A stretch of DNA of 64,000 nt from a virus. Lineage: Duplodnaviria; Caudoviricetes. The position numbers were made by a program, and so were the translations under genes. The stretch covers positions 1 through 64,000 of IMG/VR virus record IMGVR_UViG_3300005546_000003; one strand, given 5' to 3'. Below are positions 42,359 to 50,561 of this stretch, in pieces. The first letter of the stretch is position 1. Every line of letters starts with the position of its first letter. A model generated the notes under the pieces. That model searched no databases. It had not been told where the DNA came from and worked only from the letters and a program-made list of their open reading frames with translations.

Positions 42359-42700
42359 ATGAAAAGACTTTACGTTTGGCTCGTGGTCAGCACCATGCTT
42401 ATGTTCAATGACCAGGAAACGGGTGGTGGCGCTACCAGCGTCAGTGAGCCAGTGGCGCTCGAAGGCGACGTTGAGGAAGTGGTCTCGGGCGGCGAGCCCG
42501 CAGCTCAGCCTTACGGCTTCGAGGACAAGCTCATTGATGCAATCAACGCCGCCGTGGGGGATACCAGTATCGAAGACCCCGGCCTCGTCGTCACGACCGC
42601 GTTCTGCGGCTGGCTCCGCGACAACAACGTAGACCCATCGGCATTCGCCTCCCTGCAAGGCGAAACCACGAGCGAGGCATCGGCTTCGGTCGCGGCCTAA
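42359..42700 (+). CDS. Acidic hypothetical protein, probably highly expressed
   Basis: 113 aa, AAGGAG RBS, strongly C/G-ending codons, many D/E. Confidence 0.65.
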   Translation: MKRLYVWLVVSTMLMFNDQETGGGATSVSEPVALEGDVEEVVSGGEPAAQPYGFEDKLIDAINAAVGDTSIEDPGLVVTTAFCGWLRDNNVDPSAFASLQGETTSEASASVAA

Positions 42701-42742
42701 GGAAGCAGGAAACTAGAGAGGGGAAAATCCACTCGACCGTGT

Positions 42743-42782
42743 GGGGCAGGGAGAATTCACACTCTTCCTGCCCCTTTAGTTT
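42743..42782 (+). terminator. Probable intrinsic terminator
   Basis: GGGGCAGGGAGA/TCTTCCTGCCCC followed by TTTAGTTT. Confidence 0.55.
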
Positions 42783-42796
42783 AAAGGAGATGTAGA

Positions 42797-43012
42797 ATGG
42801 CACGACTTGTGATAGAAAATCTTACGCTGGTTCAGGCTAAAGAGCTAGCCCATTGGTACGAGGGACAGGGCGAGCAAGATGCCAACATCTGGTTTGAATG
42901 TCAAGATCCTCCCTGTAGTGTACCTTACGTTGATGTCCACCGTAAACCTTGGATGCAGATTGATGATAACACCGTAACAATCTACTGCAACAGGGGAGAG
43001 GACAATAAGTGA
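42797..43012 (+). CDS. Hypothetical protein
   Basis: 71 aa, AAGGAG RBS; FAHWYEGQGEQD-like motif (LAHWYEGQGEQD). Confidence 0.65.
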   Translation: MARLVIENLTLVQAKELAHWYEGQGEQDANIWFECQDPPCSVPYVDVHRKPWMQIDDNTVTIYCNRGEDNK

Positions 43013-43263
43013 GAAAATACGCCAGCCCAGTCCAGCTAGCTGTCTTGAGGTATCTTGCTAGTGGGGGTAAGATAGCTAGGCAGGAGCCCGACTCGAATCC
43101 TAGAGCTTGGCAACCTGAGTTCTACAAGGAAGGCGACTATGAAGCGGTGCAGCGGCACACAGTTCAGTCTACCTTAGAGCGGGGTTGGACTGAAATGGAT
43201 GGGAACCAACTCGTGCTAACTATCGGAGGCGCTCTTTATCTCAAACATCGCAGAGCTCGTTAG
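43009..43263 (+). CDS. Hypothetical protein, possible winged helix
   Basis: 84 aa, GTGA overlap; TVQSTLERGW...LVLT..G. Confidence 0.55.
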   Translation: MRKYASPVQLAVLRYLASGGKIARQEPDSNPRAWQPEFYKEGDYEAVQRHTVQSTLERGWTEMDGNQLVLTIGGALYLKHRRAR

Positions 43264-43380
43264 CTCTTCTCAAGCAGCCAAACTAGGTCAAGCAGGGAGA
43301 CGCTGCTAGCCCTCTCCCGAACAGGTGGGTCTAGATGAGCTCACCAACCTGTACCTCGTTTGGCTGCTTCGGGAGAACTA
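43262..43380 (+). ncRNA. Candidate multi-branch RNA
   Basis: 12-bp stem AAGCAGCCAAAC/GTTTGGCTGCTT (43272-43283/43358-43369), extended by TTCTC/GAGAA; inner AGGT/ACCT, ACAGG/CCTGT, GCAG/CTGC. Confidence 0.5.
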
Positions 43381-43418
43381 CTTGAAGCGGAAACTATAAG
43401 CACATTAGAAGGACAAAA

Positions 43419-43661
43419 ATGAACAAGATAAAAATCGACTCTGGAATTCCTCTCGCCCCTATTGGGCGCAATGTGAGTTCCTTTTCCCATAAACTCCGCG
43501 AGACCCTTGCTAGTATGCGCAGGGGGCAGAGCTTCGCGCTGCCGACGGGCGCGAGTTCGGGTACGATTAGCCAGGTTTATCAGCAAGCGAAAGACCTTGA
43601 CCTCAAAGTCGCGGTGAGAAAAGTCGGGGTGAATAAGTTTCGGGTTTGGCGCACGAGCTAG
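43419..43661 (+). CDS. Small DNA-binding-like protein
   Basis: KIDSGIPL...MRRGQSF...FRVWR pattern common in phage small DNA-binding proteins; AAGGA RBS. Confidence 0.6.
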   Translation: MNKIKIDSGIPLAPIGRNVSSFSHKLRETLASMRRGQSFALPTGASSGTISQVYQQAKDLDLKVAVRKVGVNKFRVWRTS

Positions 43662-43808
43662 ACTCTTAGGCTTAGCGACACCTGCTAAGACAGTGTGCGC
43701 GCAGCGCGGCTGTCAACGAGTGGTTGAAACCTAGGGCTGGTGAGGTGAAGCCTACAATAGAGCGAAAGCTCTCCCAGCAGCTCCAAAAATGAAAGAGGAG
43801 GAAAGGGC

Positions 43809-43982
43809 ATGAAACGATTTGCAGATTGGTATTTTGATATGGGCGGGTGGGTCATTTTCACCATTCTTGGGGGTGTTGTCGGCCTAGGGCTTTCCTACAT
43901 CCGCAGGGGGTGGCTCTATGGGCTGTTGTTGATAATTGCTTGGATTACATTCATGAGCCTATTGATCATCTGGTACCGCTAA
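43809..43982 (+). CDS. Small membrane protein (57 aa)
   Basis: GAGGAGG RBS; MKRFADWYFDMGGWVIFTILGGVVGLGLSYIRRGWLYGLLLIIAWITFMSLLIIWYR. Confidence 0.6.
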   Translation: MKRFADWYFDMGGWVIFTILGGVVGLGLSYIRRGWLYGLLLIIAWITFMSLLIIWYR

Positions 43983-43983
43983 G

Positions 43984-44013
43984 TTGACTCTAAGCTGATC
44001 CTTGTGGTATCAT
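43984..44013 (+). promoter_or_regulatory. Sigma70-like promoter for the DNA polymerase gene
   Basis: TTGACT-18 nt-TATCAT with TG extension; ATG at 44021 follows after 7 nt. Confidence 0.6.
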
Positions 44014-46783
44014 GCTGCCCATGCAGCAGATACTTTCTCAGTTACCGATAATCAAGAATCGCCCCCGAGCTCACCCTAGCTCTTGCTCTGGCTGTCCGCT
44101 TGATAAGCTTGGGGTTGGCTTTGCAGAGCCAGAGGGCAAATGTACTCTCGGCGTCTTGATTGTAGGTGAAGCTCTAGGAGAAGCTGAGTCTAAAGACTCT
44201 CTTCCCTTTAGACCTTATGCTCAAGCAGGTTCAGTTCTTGATAGAATAATTAGAAAGGCAACTTTTAGCCGTGAACAGTTTGGATTCTTTAACCTCGTCA
44301 ATTGCAGGCCCCCAGACAACGCCCTCGACGGAGCCCCTTGGGAGCTCGGAGCGGTCAACCATTGCAGTCCAAATCTCCGTAGAGTTGTCGAGCATTTCCG
44401 CCCTAAGGTCATACTCGCGCTTGGTGGAGTCCCTCTTCGACACCTTACAGGCATGGCGGGCCGAAAGCGAGGGATCTCCCTGCTTCGAGGTTTCGCTCTC
44501 CAGGCAATTCAATATCGGGGAGACGACGGAAGACCACTAACTGTTATATCAAGTTATCATCCCAGCTTTATAGCTAGGGGAGCTAGTAAGTTAATTGGAG
44601 TCCTAATTAGGGATATCCAATTCGCAGTCCAGGTTGCTAGGGAGGGCATAGAGCGTGAAACGCCACATTACATTGAATTTCCCACGGCTAAGGATGCAAG
44701 TGAATTTATACATGAGCTGGAACAGGATATCTCAGCTCCTGTCGCTTACGATATCGAGACAGACTATTCGACCAGAGAGGCCGATGAAAGTGAGCTCCAA
44801 GGTAGAGGGGCTATTACGCAGATTCAGTTCTCCCTGCGGCCAGGAAGCGCCATCGTTTGCCCGTGGCAGGGAAGATGGATAGAATTTAGCAAAAAGGTTC
44901 TAGCTAGCCCGAACCCCAAATGGGGCTGGAACAGCGCAGGCTTTGACGATAGGATACTAAAGGCTAATGGCATTCAAATCTCAGGTCCTCGGCACGATCT
45001 CATGCGAGCATGGGGACATTCGCAACCTGACCTTCCCAAAGGGCTCCAGTATGCTACGAGTTTCTATGCCCCTACGTTGCCCCCTTGGAAGCACTTGGCT
45101 GACAGTCAAGCCGAGTTCTATGGGGGACTTGACGTTGATAGTGTTCAGAGGATCGGGCGAAAGATCTTTACTGACCTTTCAGCGGCTGGAATCAGGAGTG
45201 GCTATGACCGACACGTCGCAGGGCTCATTCCAGTTCTTGAACGAATGTGCGCTCGGGGGCTCCCAGTTGACCCAAAGCGTAGGGAGGCTTTTAGAGCGGA
45301 AGTTGAACTGGCGCGTAAAGCTGCTGGTGAAAGCATTCAAGAGCTTGTTCCAGAAGAGCTCAAGCAAAAGCACCCAGCTCAAGGATATAAAGTCAATCCC
45401 AAGCCCATCCGGCTCTGGCTCGCTGAGGCTGGCATCAAGTTCAAGCCAAAAGAAGACCGGCACTACAGCCCAGAGCTCATCGAAGCGGCCAAAGCTGAGG
45501 GTTATAGATGGGGGAGCTTCGAGGGCCAAGAACGGTTCTACCAAGAGCTCCCGTTCCTTGCGACCTCTACCCAACAGGTCTTGGCCTACATCAGGGCCAA
45601 GGGGCACAGGGTCCCGCTAGGGCTGAAGAGTCGAAAGGAGACTACTGAGAAGAAAGAGCTACTGAGACTGGCTCAGAGGACTGGAGATAACTTTTATCTC
45701 AAAGTAGTAGAGTATCGAGAGCTTCTAAAAGTAGTTTCTACTTATATCGACGGCTGGGACTTGGATAGTGAGGGGAGAGTTCATAGCACTATTCTTCCTG
45801 GCCCAGCAACAGGACAGCTAGCTAGTAGAGATCCTAATATACAGAATATCCCGAAAGCCGGAAAGTTAGCTAAGGCCTTTAGAAACATCATTGTCCCAAA
45901 GACTGGCCATGCTCTCGTAGCATTTGACTTTGTTGGATTCCACAGCTTAATGACTGGGTATCTTGCAAAAGACCCAGGCTTCATGCTATTATCAAGGCTG
46001 GGAATCCATGATTATCTCAGTGGGCACTTACTAAGGCTGCCAAAGGTGGATGAGTGGTTAGGCTGGTCAATCGAAGATCTAGCTGCCATTCTAGCAGAAA
46101 CAAAAGAGAAACACCCAGACACAAGGAGAAAAGCAAAGTCTGCCCTTCATGGATACAACTTCGGAATGAAGGCGCAACGACTGTATGATGAAAACATTGA
46201 AAACTTCAAATCCAAAAAAGAAGCCCAAGATATCCTTACGATGCTTGATAGCCTCTTCCCTAGAGAAGCGGCATGGAGGGAAGAGGTCAAAGAGCTCGCA
46301 GCGAGACAGACATATCTCTTGTCTCCACACGGTTATATTAGACGATTCTATGATGTCTACCACAATCGAGAAGTCAGCCGGAGCTACGAGCCCCAGCATG
46401 GAGACAGACTCTTTAGCAGAGGGGGGAAACTATACAAGCGCATAACTGGAGAAGAAGCAGAAGATGCTATAGCTTTTGGGCCTGCTAACTGTGCCTTTGG
46501 TGAGATCAAGGATAGAATGCTAGTTTGTGAGGAGCTGGATTATAATGCAAGATTTCGACTCATTAACCAGATCCATGACGAATTATTTTTTGAGCCTCCT
46601 GTTAAATTGGTGGATGAATGTTTGGCTTCTGTTGCGGAGGTTATGGAGAGTGCAAGTAAGGTATTGATTGATCCTGAGGTTGCCCCCAATGGATTGAAGG
46701 TAGGGGTTGAAGCCTCAGTTGGATATGATAGTTGGGCTCAAATGAAAACAGTTTACCAGACTGATGTAAGGAGCTTATTGTAA
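44012..46783 (+). CDS. polA: Family A DNA polymerase with N-terminal family-4 uracil-DNA glycosylase domain and 3'-5' exonuclease
   Basis: CSGCPL...VGEALG..E...PF...AG..L...NLVNCRPPDN...SYHPS (UDG4); YDIET, NSAGFD, YGGLD (Exo I-III); TGQLASRDPNIQNIP, motif A DFVGFH, motif B RRKAKSALHGYNFG, motif C QIHDEL. Start probably 44021. Confidence 0.93.
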   Translation: MLPMQQILSQLPIIKNRPRAHPSSCSGCPLDKLGVGFAEPEGKCTLGVLIVGEALGEAESKDSLPFRPYAQAGSVLDRIIRKATFSREQFGFFNLVNCRPPDNALDGAPWELGAVNHCSPNLRRVVEHFRPKVILALGGVPLRHLTGMAGRKRGISLLRGFALQAIQYRGDDGRPLTVISSYHPSFIARGASKLIGVLIRDIQFAVQVAREGIERETPHYIEFPTAKDASEFIHELEQDISAPVAYDIETDYSTREADESELQGRGAITQIQFSLRPGSAIVCPWQGRWIEFSKKVLASPNPKWGWNSAGFDDRILKANGIQISGPRHDLMRAWGHSQPDLPKGLQYATSFYAPTLPPWKHLADSQAEFYGGLDVDSVQRIGRKIFTDLSAAGIRSGYDRHVAGLIPVLERMCARGLPVDPKRREAFRAEVELARKAAGESIQELVPEELKQKHPAQGYKVNPKPIRLWLAEAGIKFKPKEDRHYSPELIEAAKAEGYRWGSFEGQERFYQELPFLATSTQQVLAYIRAKGHRVPLGLKSRKETTEKKELLRLAQRTGDNFYLKVVEYRELLKVVSTYIDGWDLDSEGRVHSTILPGPATGQLASRDPNIQNIPKAGKLAKAFRNIIVPKTGHALVAFDFVGFHSLMTGYLAKDPGFMLLSRLGIHDYLSGHLLRLPKVDEWLGWSIEDLAAILAETKEKHPDTRRKAKSALHGYNFGMKAQRLYDENIENFKSKKEAQDILTMLDSLFPREAAWREEVKELAARQTYLLSPHGYIRRFYDVYHNREVSRSYEPQHGDRLFSRGGKLYKRITGEEAEDAIAFGPANCAFGEIKDRMLVCEELDYNARFRLINQIHDELFFEPPVKLVDECLASVAEVMESASKVLIDPEVAPNGLKVGVEASVGYDSWAQMKTVYQTDVRSLL

Positions 46784-46787
46784 GGCC

Positions 46788-47300
46788 ATGCTAAAGAAAT
46801 CTGACATCTGCACCAACATAAACGAGCCAGAGGACAAAGATATCCTAACCCGACCGCTCTTCGCAGTCAACATGAGGCTTTTTAGGACCAGTCCCAAGTA
46901 TAAGGCTCTAGTCCTAGCAGCTTGTGACTACATAGCTGAATGCTGCCAGCATGAGCAGGATGGGAGGGAGAGCTATATTGGCTTCAGCGGAGCTAATGCT
47001 GGGGTGCCTTGGGATATTATAGCTGTCAAGCGGGCCAACGGAACTGGACCAATCGTGATGCTTAATACCGCTCTGGAGATGAGTCAGAGAGCTCCTATGA
47101 AATCTTACGAGTCTTGTGGCTCTATTCCTAATGGGCGCACGTTCATGGTAGACAGAGACCCTCAGGTTGTGGCGATTTACTACAACCGTGAGGGGCAGAG
47201 GAGTAGTTACGTCTCAGACGGTTTCAGCGAAAGCACCGTTATTCAACACGAAGTAGACCACAATGATGGAATATTATTGACAGATAGGGCAATCAAGTGA
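46788..47300 (+). CDS. def: Peptide deformylase-like protein
   Basis: YIGFSGANAG (motif 1 variant), ESCGSIP (EGCLS motif), QHEVDHNDGIL (HExxH). Confidence 0.8.
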   Translation: MLKKSDICTNINEPEDKDILTRPLFAVNMRLFRTSPKYKALVLAACDYIAECCQHEQDGRESYIGFSGANAGVPWDIIAVKRANGTGPIVMLNTALEMSQRAPMKSYESCGSIPNGRTFMVDRDPQVVAIYYNREGQRSSYVSDGFSESTVIQHEVDHNDGILLTDRAIK

Positions 47301-47431
47301 GACAACCAATAATCTACGGCTCCTACCAGCAGATTCTCGCTAGAGAGCGGAGGCTGGGGTTGAGGCTAAAAGAGTTCAGTTGGAGCTTAGGCTATTTGGT
47401 TATTGTGTTGCTTAGGAAGGCTAAGGTCTAG
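47297..47431 (+). CDS. Small hypothetical protein (44 aa)
   Basis: GTGA overlap; fills the gap exactly up to the next ATG. Confidence 0.4.
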   Translation: MRQPIIYGSYQQILARERRLGLRLKEFSWSLGYLVIVLLRKAKV

Positions 47432-47677
47432 ATGACTCGACCAACAGAATCTGAAATCCTAATCGAACGAGCCGAAGGCACCAAGTGTCCTAGGTGCTGG
47501 AACTACCACAAAGTCCGAAAGAACTTCATGGATATGTGTGATAGATGCCAGCTAGCTTGCCTAGAGGGAGCGGCTGACTGGGTAGCTAACGGCCAGCTCA
47601 CGCAAGAGGAAGCCGATCAGCTAGTAGCAGGAATAAAGGAGAGCGCAGAGCAATGGCGGAGCCAAACAATAAAGTAG
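47432..47677 (+). CDS. Stand-alone IleRS C-terminal-type zinc finger protein
   Basis: IERAEGTKCPRCWNY...MCDRC matches the IleRS/FPG zinc-finger pattern (AEGEKCxRCW...CxRC). Confidence 0.65.
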   Translation: MTRPTESEILIERAEGTKCPRCWNYHKVRKNFMDMCDRCQLACLEGAADWVANGQLTQEEADQLVAGIKESAEQWRSQTIK

Positions 47678-47850
47678 TCCTAGACTCCCTCCGGGGAGTC
47701 CGCAGGACTCTAGACCACAAATGCAAAGCCTGTGGCGGCGATCAGTATTGGTTCTGGTGGGAAACCAAGAAGCGAGAAGTTTACCAGTGCGCTAATGAAG
47801 ATTGCAATGTTTTGTTTATAGAGGAGCTAAGAGAGGAAATTGTGATATGA
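47653..47850 (+). CDS. Small zinc-ribbon protein
   Basis: KCKACGG...YQCANEDC. Confidence 0.55.
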   Translation: MAEPNNKVVLDSLRGVRRTLDHKCKACGGDQYWFWWETKKREVYQCANEDCNVLFIEELREEIVI

Positions 47851-47938
47851 ATTGGGAATTCGTTGGCTACGGAGCTGTTGGACTGGGGATTGTCTTGGGT
47901 CTTTATCTCTGGATATCACATTACGACAGGAACCAAGA

Positions 47939-48499
47939 CTAGAGAATCGAATCTGCAAGTCCAATTTTAACTGCTGCCTTTGGTGAGAGCCAAGTGTTGT
48001 AACCATACTTAGAGTTCATTTCTCTCACACTCAAGCCCATCTGGTCTGCTAGGATTTTATAGTATCTATCTCTAATTTGAACACAAGCCTTAGCAGTTCT
48101 AGCAGTATTCTCATCTAAATCTTCTCCTGTAGAACTATGACCGGGGTGAATCATAAACTCTGTATTGGCCCCAAGCACTCGCTCATCTCCTGCCTGAAGT
48201 ACAATAACCGCAGTGCTAACTATGGCTCCATAGCCAATGATCTTTACGGCTAATGGACAAGCTCGAATAAGGTCAAAAATTCCCAGCCCAGCTGTCTTGG
48301 AGCCTCCGAAGCTATTCAGGTAAATAGTAATTGGCTCCCCCGCAAACCCCAGCAAGTGCAGCCCTTTAGCTAATTGGTCAGCCATTTGCTGGTTGATTTC
48401 ACCAGCCAGGAAAATTGTAGAGCTCGGGACAAAAAGGTGGTCCCTAAACAGGCCCGCACTCATCGAATCCAGTTGTTCGGGTTGAATTATTACGGACAT
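47939..48499 (-). CDS. clpP: ClpP-like protease subunit
   Basis: IFLAGEI, IYLNSFGG, AIVSTA (Ser nucleophile), FMIHP (His), WLSPKAAVKIGLADSI. Confidence 0.8.
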   Translation of the reverse strand: MSVIIQPEQLDSMSAGLFRDHLFVPSSTIFLAGEINQQMADQLAKGLHLLGFAGEPITIYLNSFGGSKTAGLGIFDLIRACPLAVKIIGYGAIVSTAVIVLQAGDERVLGANTEFMIHPGHSSTGEDLDENTARTAKACVQIRDRYYKILADQMGLSVREMNSKYGYNTWLSPKAAVKIGLADSIL

Positions 48500-48821
48500 C
48501 TTTTAGCTCCTCATACAAGTAACCCATTACATTGAACATAATTGCACAGAGAGCTTCCTCTTTACTCTCTCTAGCTTCTTCGCTCCAGCCTCTATGGTGA
48601 AGCCACAGGTCATGAAAGTGTCGCCAGAGGCTTTTGATGTAGGCATCCTTTGGTATTCCTCGCTGCCAGTTATCTGAAGCTCTTGTGTTTCCATCTGCCT
48701 GAACTCGGTTCTTAGCCATGTACTCGCTGAAGCGCAGTAGAACTACAGGGCTAAAGAACCCCTCTGGGTCAAACTTTCCTTCGTCGGTATCTCTGGTTGC
48801 TCCGGTGCTGAATTGTCGCAT
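48444..48821 (-). CDS. dATP/dGTP diphosphohydrolase-like protein (DUF5664-type)
   Basis: RQFSTGATRD...GK.D, NWQRGIP, SLWRHF, LCAIMFN. Confidence 0.7.
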   Translation of the reverse strand: MRQFSTGATRDTDEGKFDPEGFFSPVVLLRFSEYMAKNRVQADGNTRASDNWQRGIPKDAYIKSLWRHFHDLWLHHRGWSEEARESKEEALCAIMFNVMGYLYEELKDVRNNSTRTTGFDECGPV

Positions 48822-49045
48822 TCTGTCCTTCCTGTTATCCAGTTAAAGATTCTTCGCAGAGTGTAGCTGCGAGCTATGCTAACTGCCGTAAACCAAGTTG
48901 TGAGGATAACCTGGGTCCCTAGTGTGACTTTAATTCCATAAGCTCCTAGAATGATAATGTTGGAGACGAGGCCTATGGTATAACCTACTGCTACATTGAC
49001 TAGGCTTTCAATAAAACTGCCCTTTCGAGTCTGTCCATAACTCAT
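48743..49045 (-). CDS. Small membrane protein (conserved phage family)
   Basis: QTRKGSFIESLVNVAVG...FTAVSIARSYTLRRIFN; the C-terminal part overlaps the next gene. Confidence 0.65.
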   Translation of the reverse strand: MSYGQTRKGSFIESLVNVAVGYTIGLVSNIIILGAYGIKVTLGTQVILTTWFTAVSIARSYTLRRIFNWITGRTECDNSAPEQPEIPTKESLTQRGSLAL

Positions 49046-49049
49046 AAAC

Positions 49050-49796
49050 TTAGCCTCCTTTAGTTATCGCTGCCGTGAAGTTTCTACCACAGCTTTGGCA
49101 GCTCATGATTTGCTTCCTAACTCCAGCGGCTGTTATTCGATACCCCCTACGTTGAACTTTGGAGCTGGCACATCCTGGGCAGTCTGCTTTAGATCCCCCA
49201 GCCATTACCGCTGCGTGGGTCTTAACTGGAGCATAAGCTTGGAGCTTGTGAAAGACATCCTCTACTAGCACAACGTCTCGTTTGCAGTAGGAGATCATCT
49301 TAGCTAAAGCTGCTTTGTTGTTCTCCAGCGTGACCTTCCGCCATAGCCCGCCATAATCTTCTATCTTCTCTTTGCCTCCAACTCCAAGAAACTGACCTAT
49401 ATAATCTAGACGATTAGAGTTAAACTTGAACCTGCCTCTGCTAATCTTCAGTGTATCAACCCCTTGAATTAACACAGACATAGGAATGCCATGAAAAGCA
49501 CATCTAGTTCTAAGCCATTTGAGATCGAACTTATCACTATTATGCCCGATAACTTCCGTTGCGGACTCTAGGATTTTGACAAATTCCTGGAGAAGTTGTT
49601 TGTCGTCCCCATTGTCCCATCTTAGGCAATAAACCCTACGTTCCCCTTCCCACTTATAGCAAGCACAAATTATAGCCCGTTCCTTAACGATGTTCTGATA
49701 TGGAATAGTTTGCTCCCAACCAGCACTCCAACAAAGAGCCACATTGGGGCTAACCTCTAGGTCAAAGAACAATCTGCGAATCTTTGGTTTACTCAT
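49050..49796 (-). CDS. RNase H-like 3'-5' exonuclease with C-terminal zinc ribbon
   Basis: LFFDLE, GHNSDKFD, VDTLK, SNRLDY, YCKRDV; CPGC...CQSC. Confidence 0.85.
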   Translation of the reverse strand: MSKPKIRRLFFDLEVSPNVALCWSAGWEQTIPYQNIVKERAIICACYKWEGERRVYCLRWDNGDDKQLLQEFVKILESATEVIGHNSDKFDLKWLRTRCAFHGIPMSVLIQGVDTLKISRGRFKFNSNRLDYIGQFLGVGGKEKIEDYGGLWRKVTLENNKAALAKMISYCKRDVVLVEDVFHKLQAYAPVKTHAAVMAGGSKADCPGCASSKVQRRGYRITAAGVRKQIMSCQSCGRNFTAAITKGG

Positions 49797-50105
49797 AAAG
49801 TCCTCTAAAGGCGCGAGGGCAGATTACCTTAGCTAAGGTTTTACCCGAGCTGCGCTCGGAACTGCCACGACTTTGCGCCATCATGGGGTGAGGGAAATTC
49901 CTCCCCGCTTAAACTACAGGCGTTCCGCTAACGGGGCTCACGTTTTGTCTCACTATCCAAGTCAACAGAGCGCCCATAAAGATATCTAGCTCAACAACCT
50001 GGGCAGTCGTTATCGGGGCACCAAATGATACCATTAACAAGATGCCGGTGTGGACTAGAAATGCGGTAGCCACAGGCTCGCCACGGATGCGGCTCCAGAT
50101 GAATT

Positions 50106-50555
50106 TTAGGATTTTAGAAATAATTCTCTCTCCCTAGCTCGACGCTTGATTAGTCCAGGAAGCGCCTTTGGTGGCTTGCCTGCAAAGATCCAGCGCCCGA
50201 ATTGCTCGGCAGCTCCGGCGTAGTCGCGGCGATTTAGTTTGCGAAGCAAGGTTGATTTGGCAAGGTTGCCTGAGCCGAGGTTAAATATAAAGGAAACAAG
50301 AGCCGCGAACTGGTTGTCCGAAATTGGTACACTCACCAGTTTCTCTACAGCTCGCTCAGCGCTAGCTAGATCATCCCGCAAGAGCTGCTCAGCTCTAGCT
50401 TGGGTGATTTTGTCTCCTATCTTGAGTTTGTCTTTTGCTAGAACCAGATGCCCGTAGCCCACAGTGGGAAGACCCACGGGATCGCGGTAAACCACGAGCC
50501 GTAGGCCTTCTGATTGCTGGATTAGCTCTAGTCCTGCTTGATTTATCTTACGCAC
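50106..50555 (-). CDS. Endolysin, GH24 lysozyme
   Basis: SEGLRL..YRDPVGLPTVGYGH catalytic E-D-T pattern, NQFAALVSF.FNLG, GLIKRRARERELF. Confidence 0.92.
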   Translation of the reverse strand: MRKINQAGLELIQQSEGLRLVVYRDPVGLPTVGYGHLVLAKDKLKIGDKITQARAEQLLRDDLASAERAVEKLVSVPISDNQFAALVSFIFNLGSGNLAKSTLLRKLNRRDYAGAAEQFGRWIFAGKPPKALPGLIKRRARERELFLKS

Positions 50556-50561
50556 AACGGG

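Noticed and set aside
44012-46783. Intein or intron in the polymerase or terminase
   Set aside because: The motifs are colinear with normal spacing; no splice-junction residues or homing-endonuclease insert were seen.
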